Source of the DNA: Centroscyllium fabricii | Taxonomy: Eukaryota | Direction of reading: 5' to 3' | Assembly (NCBI GenBank): GCA_051313645.2 | Contig: JBNRSN020000025.1 | Coordinates: 86,428,001 to 86,492,000, forward strand | Length of the DNA: 64,000 bases | Shown: piece by piece, positions 1-12,545 of the stretch | Numbering within the stretch: position 1 is the first letter of the stretch | How the letters are laid out: every line of letters begins with the position of its first letter | Translations under genes and position numbers: made by a program | Notes under the pieces: generated by a model | The model's database searches: none | What the model was told of the DNA's origin: nothing | What the model saw: the letters and a program-made list of their open reading frames with translations, nothing else

Positions 1-157
1 AAGAAGCATTCAGATGAGAACTTGAAATGTCATAGCATACAAGGCTACGGACCAAATGCTGGAAAATGGAATTAGAATAGACAGGGCTTGATGACCGGTG
101 CGGACGCGATGGGCTGAAGTGCCTCTTTCTGTGCTGTATAACTCTATGACTCTATGA
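1..157 (+). mobile_element. CR1 LINE 3' end fragment
   Basis: Ends in GATGGGCTGAAGTGCCTCTTTCTGTGCTGTATAACTCTATGACTCTATGA, a CR1-type 3' stem-loop with an (ACTCTATG)n tail. Confidence 0.7.
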
Positions 158-1002
158 CCTGCAGCACTGGTTACAATCCTGGGCACAGGTATCCCACACC
201 TGGAGCACTGGAACAATCCTGTACACTGGTTGGAGCACTGGGAACAATCCTGGGTACTGGTACCCCCACAACTGGAGCACTGGGTACAATACAGGGTGGC
301 ACGGTGGCATAGTGGTTAGCACTGTTGCCTCACAGCGCTAGGGGCCCGGGTTCAAATCCGGCCTCGGGTGACTATCTGTGTGGAGTTTGCACATTCTCCC
401 CGTGTCTGCGTGGGTTTCCTCCGGGTGCTCCGGTTTCCTCCCACAGTCCAAAGATGTGCGAGTTAGGTTGATTGGCCAGGATAAATTGACCCTTAGCGTT
501 AGGGGGATTAAATATGTGGGGTTACGGGGATAGGGTGGGATATGTGTCGGGGCAGGCTCGATGGGCCGGAATGGCCTCTATCTGCACTGTAGGGATTCTA
601 TGATTCTATTCTATGAATTCTGGCACAGGTACCCACACCTCGAGCTCTGGAAACAATCCTGGGCACAGGTACCCACACCTGGTGCACTGGGTACAGCCCT
701 GGGCCCTGATACCCCCCACCTGCAGCACTGGGAACAATGCTGGTCACTGGTACCCACACCTGGAGCACTGGGCACACGTTTCCCACACCTGGCGCACTGG
801 GTACAATCGTGGGCACAAATACCCCACACCTGCAGCACTGGGTACAATCCTGGGTGCAGGTACCCCACACCTGCAGCACTGTGTACTTTCCTGTGCACAG
901 GTACCGCACACCTGGAGCAGTGGGTACTTTCCTGTGCACAGGTACCGCACACCTGGAGCAGTGGGTACTTTCCTGTGTACTGGTACCCACACCTGGAGCA
1001 CT
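158..1002. repeat. ~41-bp minisatellite (ACACCTGGAGCACTGGGTACAATCCTGGGCACAGGTACCC-like), interrupted by a SINE
   Basis: Direct tandem units visible at 158-292 and 620-1002; explains the short repetitive ORFs at 561-1139. Confidence 0.85.
293..615 (+). mobile_element. HE1-like V-SINE (tRNA-derived, CR1-type tail)
   Basis: A box TGGCATAGTGG, B box GGTTCAAATCC, V-domain TGTGTGGAGTTTGCACATTCTCCCCGTGTCTGCGTGGGTTTCCTCCGGGTGCTCCGGTTTCCTCCCACAGTCCAAAGA, and (ATTCTATG)n tail. Confidence 0.9.
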
Positions 1003-1164
1003 TGATCGCTTGATTTACTTAATATCCAGAAATCATTAAAAGCTAGTAGACAGGTAAAAACATAATTGAAAAGGCTAATGGAATGTTGGTGTTTAACTCG
1101 AGGATGCTTCAGCTGTACCGAGCTCTGGTTAGACCCCATCTGGAGTGACTTTTTAAAATTATTT

Positions 1165-1592
1165 ATTCATTGATGGGATGTGGGCGTCGCTGGCTGGCTA
1201 GGCCTGCATTTAGTGCCCATCCCTAATTGCCCTTGAGAAGATGGTGGTGAGCCGCCTTCTTATTGCAGTCTTATTGTTTTTCGTAGCGGTTGTTTACAAC
1301 TGAGTGGCTTGCTGGGCCATTTCAGAGGGCATTAAGAGTCAACCACATTGCTGTGGGTCTGGAGTCACGTGTAGGCCAGACCAGGTAAGGACGGCAGATT
1401 TCCTTCCCTAAAGGACGTTAGTGAACCAGATGGGTTTTTGCAACAATCGACAATGGTATCATGGTCGCCATTACTAAGACTAACATTTAATTCCAGAATT
1501 AAATTGAATTGAATTTAAATTCCACCAGCTGCTGTGGTGGGATTTGAACCCATATCCTCTGAGCATTTGACTGAGCCTCTGGCTTACTAGTC
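1165..1592 (-). mobile_element. tRNA-derived shark SINE; its 5' head continues at ~5366-5396
   Basis: Minus-strand B box GGTTCAAATCCC at ~1540-1551. The A box TGGCGTAGTGG lies beyond the CR1 insertion (CCACTACGCCA, 5376-5386). Confidence 0.75.
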
Positions 1593-1693
1593 TTTTTTTT
1601 TTTTTTTTTACATAGATGATAGGAGCAGGAGTAGGCCATTCGGCCCTTCGAGCCTGCTCCGCCATTCAATGAGATCATGGCTGATCCTTCAGT

Positions 1694-4589
1694 TCAGTAT
1701 CCCGTCCCTGCCTTCTCTCCGTAACCTTTAACCCCTTTTGCCTGCAGAAATATATCTAATTCCCTCTTAAATATATTTAATGAGCTGGCGTCCACTGCCC
1801 TCTGTGGCAGTGAGTTCCACAGGTTCACCACTCTCTGGGTGAAGAAATTCCTCCTCATCTCTGTCCTAAATGGTTTAGCCCTTATCCTTAAACTGTGTCC
1901 CCTAGTTCTGTACTCTCCTGCCATCGGAAACATTCCTTCTGCATCTAGTCTGTCCAGGCCTGTCAGAATTTTATATGTTTCTATGAGATCCCCTCTCAAT
2001 CTTCTAAACTCCAGTGTGTACATCCCCAAACTACATAGTCTCTCCTCATAGGTCATTCCTGCCATTCCTGGTATCAGCCTGGTGAATCGCCGCTGCACTC
2101 CTTCCATGGCAAGAACATCCTTCCTCAGATGAGGCGACCAAAACTGCACACAGTACTCGAGGTGTGGTCTCACCAGTGCCCCGTACAGCTGTAGTAAGGT
2201 GTCCTTGTTCCTGTATTCTAACCCTTTTGATATGAAGGCCAGCATACCATTTGCCTTCCTGACCGCCTGTTGCACCTGCATGCTCGCCTTCAATGACTGG
2301 TGCACAAGAACACCCAGGTCTCTCTGTACTTCCCCATCTCCCAATCTATTGCCATTTAAATAATAATTTGCCCTCCCGTTTTTGCCCCCAAGGTGGATAA
2401 CTTCACACTTATCCACATTATAGTGCATTTGCCATGTATCTGCCCAGTCCCCCAATTTGTCCAAATCGCTCTGGAGCTTCCTGATCTCTTCTTCTGAGCC
2501 TACCCCCCCTCCTAGTTTAGTGTCGTCTGCGAATTTGGAGATGCTGCATCCGATTCCCTGATCTAGGTCGTTAATATAAATTGTGAACAGCTGGGGACCC
2601 AGGACAGATCCCTGAGGTACCCCACTTGTTACTGCCTGCCATTCAGAAAATGAGCCGTTTATTCCAACTCTCTGTTTTCTATCTGCCAGCCAGTTCTCTA
2701 TCCACGTCAATACTTTTCCCCTTATCCCATGAGCCTTGATTTTACATGCTAATCTTTTATGTGGGACCTTATCGAAGGCTTTTTGGAAGTCCAGGTACAC
2801 CACATCTACTGGCTCTCCCCCATCTATTTTACCAGTTACTTCCTCAAAGAATTCCAATAGATTCGTCAAGCACGATTTACCTTTTGTAAATCCATGTTGA
2901 CTCTGTCCTATCCTGTCCCCATTTGCCAAGTGCTCTGCTATTACATCCTTAATGATGGACTCTAGTATTTTGCCCACCACCGATGTAAGGCTTACAGGTC
3001 TGTAATTACCCGCTTTTTCCCTACCCCCCTTTTTAAATAGTGGGGTAACGTTAGCAACCCTCCAATCCATGGGCACTGTTCCCGAGTCTATCGAATTCTG
3101 GAAAATTATCCTTAAAGCATCTGCTATCTCTAGGGCCACCTCCTTGAGTACCCTAGGATGCATGTTATCAGGCCCTGGGGATTTGTCAGCCTTCAGTCCC
3201 TTTAGCTTCCCCAACACCATATCCTTAGAGATATTGATTTTTGTCAGTTCCTCCCTTGCAATTGTCCCTATGGTTCCCGATATCTCAGGGAGGTTTTTTG
3301 TGTCTTCCTTTGTGAAGACAGACCCAAAATATGCATTTAATTGGTCTGCCATTTCCTTATTTCCCATTATATATTCCCCAGAATCTGACTGTAATGGACC
3401 GACTTTGGATTTCACCAGTCTTTTCCTCTTAATATACTTGTAAAAGCTTTTGGAGTTAGTTTTTATGTTTGCCGCAAGCTTACTTTCGTACGCTATTTTT
3501 CCCCTCCTGATTAATCCCTTTGCCCTCCTTTGTTGTATCCTAAACTGTTCCCAATCTTCAGGTCTGGTGCTTTTTTTGGCTATTTTATATGCTCTTTCTT
3601 TGGATTTTATGCTGTCCCTAATTTCCCCTGTTATCCACGGTTGAGTCACCTTTTTAGATTTCTTTTTATGCCAGATTGGTATAAACAATTTCTGCAATTC
3701 TGTCTTTAAATGCTTGCCATTGTTTATCCACCGCCAGTCCCCCCAGAAACGCTGCCCAATCAGACTTACTTAATTCCCGTCTCATGGCATCATAATTCCC
3801 CTTATTTAAATTCAGGACCTTAGTCTCTGAGTCAGTTTCTTCGCTTTCCATTTCGAGTGAGAATTCGATCATGTTATGATCGCTCTGACCCAAGGGTCCC
3901 CGTACAACAAGATTACTAATTAGTCCCTTCTCATTGCACAGTACCCAGTCCAAGATAGCCTGATCCCGAGTTGGTTCCTCGACATATTGATCCAGATAAC
4001 CATCCCTTAAACACTCAAGGAATTCCTCCTCCTCATTATTTTTACTAATTTGGCTAGTCCAATCTATATGCAAGTTAAAGTCACCTATGATGACAGCTGA
4101 GCTCTTATTGCACGCTTCTCTAATTTCCCTTTTGATGCCCTCCCCTACCTCCATATTACTATTTGGAGGCCTATATACCACTCCTATTAACGTTTTCCGC
4201 CCCTTGCTATTTCTTAGTTCTACCCATATAGATTCCGTATTAACCGAGTTAATATCCTTCCTTTCAATTGCATTTATCCCCTCTTTTACCAGCAATGCTA
4301 CCCCTCCTCCCTTTCTTTTTTGTCGATCCTTCCTAAATATTGAATACCCCTGTATGTTAAGTTCCCAGCCTTGCCCATCCTGCAGCCATGTTTCCGTAAT
4401 CCCAATTAGATCATATTTGTTTACCTCTATTTCTACTGCTAATTCATCCACCTTGTTCCTAATGCTTCTTGCATTAAGGTATAAAGCCTTCAGGCTTGTT
4501 TTTTGCTCACACTTTTTATGAATTACTTTGGCCCTTTGTATATTTTGTTTTTTGTTTCTCACCCTTTTACCATTTATTTCTGGCTGCAT
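1694..4589 (-). pseudogene. CR1 ORF2 (AP endonuclease plus reverse transcriptase) with one frameshift near 3690
   Basis: APE motifs YLNARS, GITETW, GDFN, SDH in ORF 3666-4589. RT motifs NYRPVSLTS, LDFQKAFDKV, GVPQGSVLGP, FADD in ORF 1694-3697. Confidence 0.95.
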
Positions 4590-4636
4590 TTTGCTTTCCT
4601 CTTTTTCACTACATAGGTTCCTAGCCCCCTGCCATA

Positions 4637-5332
4637 CTAGTTTAAATGCTCCCGAACTGCTTTAGCAAATATTACCCCGAGAACATCAGTTCCATCTCTG
4701 CATAGGTGTAGACCGTCCCTTTTGTATAGGTCACACCTCCCACAGAACTGGTTCCAATGCCTCAAAAATTTAAAACCCTCCCTCTTACACCACTGCTCAA
4801 GCCACGTATTCAGCCTCTCTATCCTGCTCTCTGTATTCTGACTAGCACGTGGCACTGGTAGTAATCCAGAGATTACTACCTTCGAGGTCCTACTTTTCAA
4901 CTTAGCTCCTAGCTCCCTAAATTCTGCTTGTAGGACCTCCTCCCTTTTTTTAGCTACATCGTTGGTACCAACATGTACCATGACAACTGTCTGTTCCCCC
5001 TCCCCCTCCAGAATGTTCTGTACCCGCTCCGAGACATCCTTGACCCTTGCACCAGGGAGGCAACATACCATCCTGGAGTCTCGGTCGCGGCCACAGAAAC
5101 TCCTATCTATTCCCCTTACGATTGAGTCCCCTATCACTATAGCCCTGCCACTCTTTTTCCCGCCCTTCTTTGCAGCAGAGCCAGTCATGGTGCCATGAGT
5201 CTGGCTGCTGGTGCCTTCCCCTGATGAGTCATCTCCCCCAACAGTACCTAAAACGGTGAACCTGTTTCGAAGGGAGATAACCGCAGGGGATTCCTGCACT
5301 ACCTTCCTGCCCTTGTTCTGCCTTTTGGTCAT
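4637..5332 (-). CDS. CR1 ORF1 C-terminal part, SGNH/GDSL esterase domain
   Basis: GDSIVR, CLPGA, HVGTND and DGLH blocks. Confidence 0.9.
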   Translation of the reverse strand: MTKRQNKGRKVVQESPAVISLRNRFTVLGTVGGDDSSGEGTSSQTHGTMTGSAAKKGGKKSGRAIVIGDSIVRGIDRSFCGRDRDSRMVCCLPGARVKDVSERVQNILEGEGEQTVVMVHVGTNDVAKKREEVLQAEFRELGAKLKSRTSKVVISGLLPVPRASQNTESRIERLNTWLEQWCKREGFKFLRHWNQFCGRCDLYKRDGLHLCRDGTDVLGVIFAKAVREHLN

Positions 5333-5751
5333 CCATGCCCTGTCTACGCTGGCCTTTACCTGCGGTGTGACATAACCACTACGCCACCGCCTCTCCTAAC
5401 CGACTGAGTTCAGTTCTGGGCCCTGCCCCTCAAGAGTGATATGCTGGCCTTGCATAGACTAGTTTTATATTCCCTTGAATATAGAAGATTAAGTGGTGAT
5501 CTAATTGAGGTGTTTAAGATGATTAAAGGATTTGATAGTTTAGAGAACGAGAGACTATTTCCTCTGGTGGGGGAGTCCAGGACAAAAGGGCAGAACCTTC
5601 AAATTAGAGACAGGCTGTTGAGGGGTGATGTCAGGAAGCACCTCTTCACACACACGGGAGTGGACATCTGGAATTCTCTCCCCCAAAAAGCTGGGAGTCA
5701 ATTGAAATTTTCAAAATTGAGATTGCGGGATGTTTGTTGGGTATGGGTATT

Positions 5752-7189
5752 CAATTCAATTCAAGTTTTATTGTCATTGCAGAGTACTAGTACAATACAA
5801 CGAGACGAAGACTCGACTCTCCCGAGAGTAGTGTAGACAAAAGAAATAAATTACATAAATAAATTGCATACAGTAAAGTTCATTATCAGGCGTGCAGGTA
5901 CCGGAGTTTCTTTTTAGAGTTCAGGAGGCTGACAGCCCTGGGGAAGAAGCTGTTCTGAAATCTAGTCGTGCGGGTGCAAATTGCTCTGTAGCGTCTCCCG
6001 GAGGGCAGAGGGGCGAACAGACTGTGGCTGGGGTGTGTGGGGTCTTTTATGATGTTCATAGACCTCCGTAAGCAGCGTTTGAGGTAGATGCTTTCCACTG
6101 ACGGTAGCTGTGTACCGGTAATTCGTTGGGCAGTTTTGACTACCCGCTGCAGGGTTTTCCGGTCCGAGATAGTGCAATTACCATACCAGACAGTGATGCA
6201 GCTTGTCAGTATGCTTTCTATTGTGCAGCGGTAGAAGTTGGAGAGGATGCCGGATGACAGCCTGGCTTTCTTCAGCTTCCTAAGGAAGTACAGGCGCTGT
6301 TGGGCCTTCTTAACCAGAGAGGAGGTGTTTAGTGACCAGGAGAGATCTTCCGAGATGTGGACCCCGAGGAACTTGAAGCTGGACACCCTTTCCACCTCAG
6401 CCCCTTGGATGAAGATGGGTGTGTGTCTTCTGCTTCCAGTCCTCCGGAAGTCCACTATGATCTCCTTCGTTTTCTTGGTGTTCAGTGCCAGGTTGTTGTC
6501 GGCACACCAACCCACAAGGTGCTGGATCTCATCCCTGTAGGCTGACTCGTCGTTGTTGGTGATCTGGCCAACCACCGTGGTGTCATCCGCGAACTTGATG
6601 ATCGTGTTGGAGCCATGGACAGCCGCACAGTCGTGAGTGAAGAGGGAGTAGAGGAGGGGGCTGAGCACACAACCTTGTGGGGCCCCCGTGTTCAGGGTAA
6701 GGGAGGGGGGGAGGTGAGGTTGCCTAACTTCACAGACTGTGGTCTGTTGGTTAGGAAGTCCAGGGTCCAGTTGCAGAGGGAGGTGTTCAGGCCGAGGGTG
6801 AGGAGTTTGGTAGACAATTTGCTGGGGACGATGGTGTTGAATGCTGAGCTGTAGTCAATAAACAGCATTCTGATATATGTATTTTTGCTATCCAGGTGGT
6901 TTAGTGCAGAGTGAAGAGCCGTAGTGATAGCATCCTCTGTAGATCTGTTCCCCCGGTAGGCAAACTGGTATTGGTCCAGGGTGGCGGGGATGCTGGCTTT
7001 GATGTGGGCCAGGACTAGCCGCTCGAAACACTTCATGACAATGGGTGTAAGTGCAACAGGGCGGTAGTCGTTCAGGCACGTCACGGCCGTTTTCTTGGGC
7101 ACAGGGATGATGGTGGCAGTTTTGAAGCCGGTAGGGACAGCTGCCTTCGCCAGTGACAGGTTGAAAATGTCAGTGAAGACTTCAATTGA
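5752..7189 (-). mobile_element. Rex1/Babar LINE, 5'-truncated, RT frameshifted at the G-run near 6700
   Basis: [59 protein letters not shown] motifs; (TTGAA)n tail; 7-bp TSD GGGTATT at 5745-5751 and 7190-7196. Confidence 0.92.
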
Positions 7190-7701
7190 GGGTATTGAGG
7201 GATATGGAACCAAGGCGGGTGGATGGAGTTCCGATACTGATGAGACATGATCTCTGTGAATGGCGGAACAGGCACGAGGGCCTGAATGGACTCCTCTTGG
7301 TCCTATATGTCCACACACACACACTTGCATATTTAAACCCCTGTCTACGTGCCCTGTAATCTCGGTGCTGCCTGTGAATGAACTGGGTACCTGGACTGTA
7401 CATGTCTATTCAGAGTGAGGCACTGACAGGCTGTGGTTGATTGGAACACTCCTGTAGCGATATGAAATATTAAACTGCAGCAAAACTGTACCAGAGTGAC
7501 ATTCCAATCAATTTTACCATCATCAAAAAAGTACAGGCCATTTGTTTTTCACCTAATGTTCAGCCATGAACGTATTGAATGGCGGTGCAGGCTCGATGGG
7601 CCGATTGGTCTACTCCTGCACCTATTTCCTATGTTTCTATCTGCATTTGTCTTTCCTGAGGCTGTCCATGCTCTGTCTGTCCATGCTCTGTCTGTTTACA
7701 G

Positions 7702-7800
7702 GAAGGTGAGACTGCGTTGCATTTAGCAGCTGGAGGGGGTCATTCTGACTGTGTGAAAGTCCTGTTCAATGGCGCCTGTGATGTAAACGCTCAAACAAAT
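7702..7800 (+). CDS. ANKDD1A: Internal coding exon, one ankyrin repeat (EGETALHLAAGGGHSDCVKVLFNGACDVNAQTN)
   Basis: TCTGTTTACAG acceptor, GTGAGT donor, 99 bp phase 0-0, G-x-TALHLAA ankyrin consensus. Resembles the ANKDD1A repeat EGLTALHSAAGGSHPDCV as I recall it. Not in the ORF track. Confidence 0.82.
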
Positions 7801-7865
7801 GTGAGTGAAACTTCCTGATTTAAAGCAATAATGTTTCTCTGAAATGTGAGGCATAGGAGGCAGAG

Positions 7866-8262
7866 ACCGGCGATGCCAAGTCCGCTCCCCTCTCACTGTG
7901 TCCTGGGTCACCAGTGATGCCAAGTCCGCTCCCCTCTCACTGTGCCTTGGGTCACTGGCGATGCCAAGTCCGCTCCTCTCTCTGTGCCCTGGGTCACCAG
8001 TGATGCCAAGTCCGCTCCCCTCTCACTGTGCCCTGGGTCACCAGTGATGCCAAGTCCGCTCCTCTCTCACTGTGCCCTGGGTCACCGGTGATGCCAAGTC
8101 CACTCCCCTCTCACTGTGCCCTGGGTCACCGGTGATGCCAATTCCGCTCCCCTCTCACTGTGCCCTGGGTCACCAGTGATGCCAAGTCCGCTCCTCTCTC
8201 ACCGTGCCCTGGGTCACCGGCGATGCCAAGTCTGCTCCTTTCCCGCTGTGCCCTGGGTCACT
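7866..8262. repeat. 44-bp minisatellite, ~9 copies (GTGATGCCAAGTCCGCTCCCCTCTCACTGTGCCCTGGGTCACCA)
   Basis: Direct tandem units; GATGCC at 7872, 7916 and onward. Confidence 0.92.
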
Positions 8263-8559
8263 GGGGTTTCCTGGCCCCACATTTCGCAGGGTAAAGCCTG
8301 GAATCCTTGGGATGGGAGGGTTCTGCTGCAGCTTTTGGACAGGCCGGCAGCCCTTGCAGCTGCTACAGGAGCAGCTGGTTTGGCATCAGTTCTGGGTACA
8401 GGGCTCAGCCAAGCGGGAGGGCTATGCTGGGGAATGTCATCCATGCCACTGACCTGAATCTACAAATCCAGGCAGGTTCACTCAGGCTTCGAGCATTTCA
8501 CAGGGGCTCTACCAGCTGCAGGTTTGGGGGGGGGGGGGATATTGGAACCTTAATATTAG

Positions 8560-8870
8560 TAAACGTGCTGATCTCATCTACACGCTGCCCCTTGACGACA
8601 TCATCCAAAAACACACCATCAGGTTCCACCTGTACACTGATGACACTCAGACCTCCCTCACCACCCCCTCTCTCGACCCCTCCACTGTCTCTGATTTATC
8701 ACGCTTTTATCCGACATCCGGTTTTGGATGAGCAGAAATTTCCTCCGATTAATTATTGGGAAGTCCAAAGGCATTGCCTTCGGGCCCCGCCACAAACTCC
8801 ATTCCCCAGCACTGACTCCATCCCTCTCCCTGATCACTGTGAGGCTGAACCAGACCATCACAACCTATTT
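8560..8870 (+). mobile_element. Degenerate L2 RT fragment
   Basis: Decayed YADDTQLYLTT..CLSDI..WMSRNFL..IGK-like segment, homologous to 10860-11040 (-) and 13110-13395 (+). Confidence 0.65.
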
Positions 8871-9825
8871 GGCACAGACAAGATGGGCTGAATGACCTCC
8901 TTCTGTGCTGTGCTGTAGGTGTTTTGTTCCATTGGGCCCACAGAGCACTGAGGTGAGTGAATCAAAACGTGAATACTGTTTCTGTCATGAAGAGGATTCC
9001 ACCACCCCCAGCCCAGTTGTTTTAACCATTGGTTAAGTCACCCGTACTCCTTTCTAAACTTCTACAAATTTCAAAGATGACTGGGTACCTGGGTAACTCG
9101 GTCTGTGGGAACTGAAGTAAAACAACAGGCTGTGCTGCTAAGAGTCACAAAGTCCTCACACAATCCCCTCAGTCACCAGGCCATCTAATGCAGATACATG
9201 TAGTGATGCACAGCAGTAAGCCCAGGAAGCAGCCACTGCAGACTACAATATGACCAGCCTTGTGGAGCCATGCATTGTGGAGCCAACTCCCCTGTACCCA
9301 ACACCTGGGGCCACTAAACCCAAAGAAGAAGAGTTCCTCTTTGTTTGGTGACAACACCTGCTCTTGTTTGTAGTGAACGGTATTTGTCTGAAAACTAACA
9401 GCGGGAATGCAAAACTATACTGTGCTGTATAGAAAGCTGCCTCATCATGGCTCGAGAGTTAATCAGCTTTCAAAAGAATCCTTGTGCTGTTTGATTTTAT
9501 CTTAGTTTGCCTCATCCACAGTGCACAAGGGAAATGTTTGGTCCTGGGCTGCCAATGATGTTACTGCATCCAGCACATTTTAGCAGTTAGTTAACCCAAT
9601 AACTGTTCAGTAGTCTCAGAGGATTCTACGTGAGTGGTCAGAACTAGCTTCCTGTAGAGAGCAATTGCAGTTACATCCCTTATCAGCGTTAAAAACCCGT
9701 CTCCAGGAATTAAGTGCAGAACTCAAACCATTCTCTGCACTCTGGACGTTGCCCTCTCAAACGTTAAACATTACAACAATCTTTGCATTTGCAGATTTTA
9801 ACTCCATTTTGTGTTTTGCCAACAG

Positions 9826-9924
9826 AAGGACATGAGTGCTCTACATTACGCAGCTCTGCATGGCCGGGCAAAAGTGGCACAGATGCTGGTTGAAGCAGAA
9901 ATAAATGTGGACGCACTTAACCAT
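9826..9924 (+). CDS. ANKDD1A: Internal coding exon, one ankyrin repeat (KDMSALHYAALHGRAKVAQMLVEAEINVDALNH)
   Basis: TTTTGTGTTTTGCCAACAG acceptor, GTGAGT donor, 99 bp phase 0-0, in frame with 7702-7800. Resembles the next ANKDD1A repeat (KNLSCLHYAALSG...DH) as I recall it. Confidence 0.82.
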
Positions 9925-10084
9925 GTGAGTGTGGAAAGTTATGTCTGTGGAGGAGTGAGCTTCTGACTGAGGTTCATCACAGTCAAATTCCAGTGGAGGG
10001 GGGAAATGAGGTTGTTCTTCAGCCCCCGACCTTAGTATGGGGCCATATCTCGGACCTTTCCCAGATACACCGCTGTGTTAACAT

Positions 10085-10205
10085 GAGACTCTTAAGGAAT
10101 ATGGAGCAAAGGCAGGTAAAGAGAGTTGAGGTACAGATCAGCAATGATCTCATTGCATGGAGAAGCAGGCTCAAGGGGCTAAATGGCCTCCTCCTGTTCT
10201 TCTGT
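10085..10205 (+). mobile_element. CR1 3' UTR fragment
   Basis: GAGGTACAGATCAGCAATGATCTCATTG...AGCAGGCTCAAGGGGCTAAATGGCCTCCTCCTG resembles the CR1 tail at 50510-50575. Confidence 0.7.
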
Positions 10206-10224
10206 GAGCCCCGGGGGTACTTTA

Positions 10225-11270
10225 CGACAACAACAACAACTTGCATTTATATAGCGCCTTTAACATAGTAAAACGTCCCAAGGCGCTTCACAGGTGTATT
10301 ATAAGACGAAATAATTTGACACCGAGCGACATGAGAAATTAGGGCAGGTGACCAAAAGCTTGGTCAAAGAGATAGGTTTTAAGGAGTGTCTTAAAGGAGG
10401 AAAGAGAGGTAGTGAGGCGGAGAGGTTTAGGCAAGGAATTCGAGAGCTTAGGGCCCAGGCAACAGAAGGCACGGCCACCAATAGTTGAGCGATTATAATC
10501 AGGGATGCTCGAGGGTAGAATTAGAGAAGCGCCAATATTTTGGCGGGGGTAGGGGGTGTTGTGGGGCTGAAGGAGATTACAGAGATAGGAAGGGGCGAGG
10601 CCATGGAGGGATTTGAAAACGAGAGAATTTTGAAATCAAGGCGTTGCTTAAGCCAATGTAGGTCAGCGAGCACAGCGATGTTGGGTGAATGGGACTTGAT
10701 GCGAGTTAGCACATAGGCAGCTGAGTTTTTGATCACTGCAAGTTTACGTAGGGTGGAACGTGGGAAGCCAGCCAGGAGTGCGTTGAAATAGTCACCTCTA
10801 GAGGTAAAAAAGGCACGGATGAGGGTTTCAGCAGCGGATGTTTGTGGCAGGGACTGAAAACAATGGCTTCGGTCTTCCCAATATTTTATCGGAGAAAATT
10901 TCTGCTCATCTCGGACAAACAGTCTGACAATTTAGAGACTCTAGAGGGGTCGGGAGAAGTGGTGGTGGGATAGAGCTGGGTGTCGTCGGCGCACGTGTGC
11001 AAACTGATGCTGACTGATGATGTCACCGAGCTGCAACATGTAAATGAGAAATAGGAGGGGCCAGGGATAGACCCTTGGGGGGTCACCAGCGGTAACGATG
11101 CGGGAGCGGGAAGAGAAGCCATTGCAGGTGATTCTCTGGCTACGATTAGATAGACAAGAATGGAACCAAGCGAGTGTAGTCCCACCCAGCTGGATGATGG
11201 TGGAGAGGCGTTGGAGGAGGATGGAGTGGTCAACCGTGTCAAAGGCTGCAGACACGTCAAGAAGGCCGAG
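10225..11270 (-). mobile_element. L2 LINE 3' portion, degenerate
   Basis: SAAFDTVDH and ADDTQLY motifs; 3' end AAAGGCGCTATATAAATGCAAG(TTG)n on the minus strand. Confidence 0.85.
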
Positions 11271-12480
11271 GACTGGGGCTGAACTACACTGTTTGCAACC
11301 TTGGTGTCATATTTGGCCCTGAAATGAGTTTCTGACCACATATCCGAGCCATCACGAAGACCGCCTCTTTCCACCTCCATGACATCGCCCGACTCCGTCT
11401 CTGCCTCAGCTCATCTGCTGCTGAAACTCTTGTCCGTTACCTCGAGACTCGACTATTCCAGTGCTCTCCTGGCCGGCGTCCCACATTCTACCCTCCTTAA
11501 ACTTGAGGTCATCCAAAACCCATGTCCTAACTCGCGCCAAGTCCCATTCACACTTCACCCCCTGTGCTCACTGCCCCGTGTCCTAACTCACACCAAGTCC
11601 CGTTCACCCATCACCCCCTGTGCTCACTGCCCCATGTCCTAACTCGCACCAAGTCCCGGTCACCCATAACCCCCTGTGCTCACTGCCCCGTGTCCTAACT
11701 CGCTCCGAGTCCCGTTCACCCATCACCCTGTGCTCACTGCCCCGTGTCCTAACTCGCTCCGAGTCCCGTTCACCCATCACCCTGTGCTCACTGCCCCGTG
11801 TCCTAACTCGCACCAAGTCCCGTTTACCCATCACCCTGTGCTCACTGCCCCGTGTCCTAACTCGCACCAAGTCCCGTTCACCCATCACCCTGTGCTCACT
11901 GCCCCGTGTCCTAACTCGCACCAAGTCCCGTTCACCCATCACCCTGTGCTCACTGCCCCGTGTCCTAACTCACACCAAGTCCCGTTCACCCATCACCCCC
12001 TGTGCTCACTGCCCCGTGTCCTAACTCACAGAGTCCCGTTCACCCATAACCCCCTGTGCTCACTGCCCCGTGTCCTAACTCGCACCCAGTCCCGTTCACC
12101 CATCACCCCGTGCTCACTGCCCCGTGTCCTAACTCGCACCAAGTCCCGGTCACCCATAACCCCCTGTGCTCACTGCCCCGTGTCCTAACTCGCACCAAGT
12201 CCCGGTCACCCATAACCCCCTGTGCTCACTGCCCCGTGTCCTAACTCACACCCAGTCCCATTCACCCATCACCCCCTGTGCTCACTGCCCCGTGTCCTAA
12301 CTCGCTCCGAGTCCCGTTCACCCATCACCCCCTGTGCTCATTGCCCCGTGTCCTAACTCGCACCCAGTCCCGTTCACCCATCACCCCCTGTGCTCAGTGC
12401 CCCATGTCCTAACTCACACCAAGTCCCGTTCACCCATCATGCCTGTGCTTGCTGTCCTACATCGGCTCCTGGTTTAGCAA
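11270..12480 (+). mobile_element. L2 fragment containing an internal tandem amplification
   Basis: VTSRLDYSSALLAG..KLEVIQN, then tandem copies, then the element resumes at CCTACATCGGCTCCTGG. Confidence 0.8.
11520..12445. repeat. 55-57-bp minisatellite, ~16 copies, derived from L2 ORF2 (CCCGTGTCCTAACTCGCACCAAGTCCCGTTCACCCATCACCCTGTGCTCACTG)
   Basis: Direct tandem units; the single-copy homologue is in the minus-strand L2 at ~10665-10720. Confidence 0.92.
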
Positions 12481-12545
12481 TGCCACCGGCATAGATAAGT
12501 TGGGCCAAATGACTTGTTTTTGTGCTGTAAATTCTATGTATTCCC

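Larger units (their letters stand above)
1593..5368 (-). mobile_element. Young, 5'-truncated CR1 LINE (ORF1 esterase plus APE-RT ORF2)
   Basis: Contains both ORFs below, a CR1 3' UTR and an A-rich tail at 1593-1610; inserted into the SINE head. Confidence 0.95.
1045..7300 (+). mobile_element. Old degenerate CR1 3' fragment in three pieces (~1045-1150, ~5405-5751, ~7190-7300), split by nested insertions
   Basis: KANGML..LVRPHLE-like sequence at 1070-1146 resumes as QFW..LYSLEYRRLSGDLIEVFK at 5411-5700; the 3' UTR resumes after the Rex1 insertion. Confidence 0.7.

Noticed and set aside
293-365. tRNA gene
   Set aside because: It is the tRNA-derived head of a SINE, followed by the V-domain and LINE tail.
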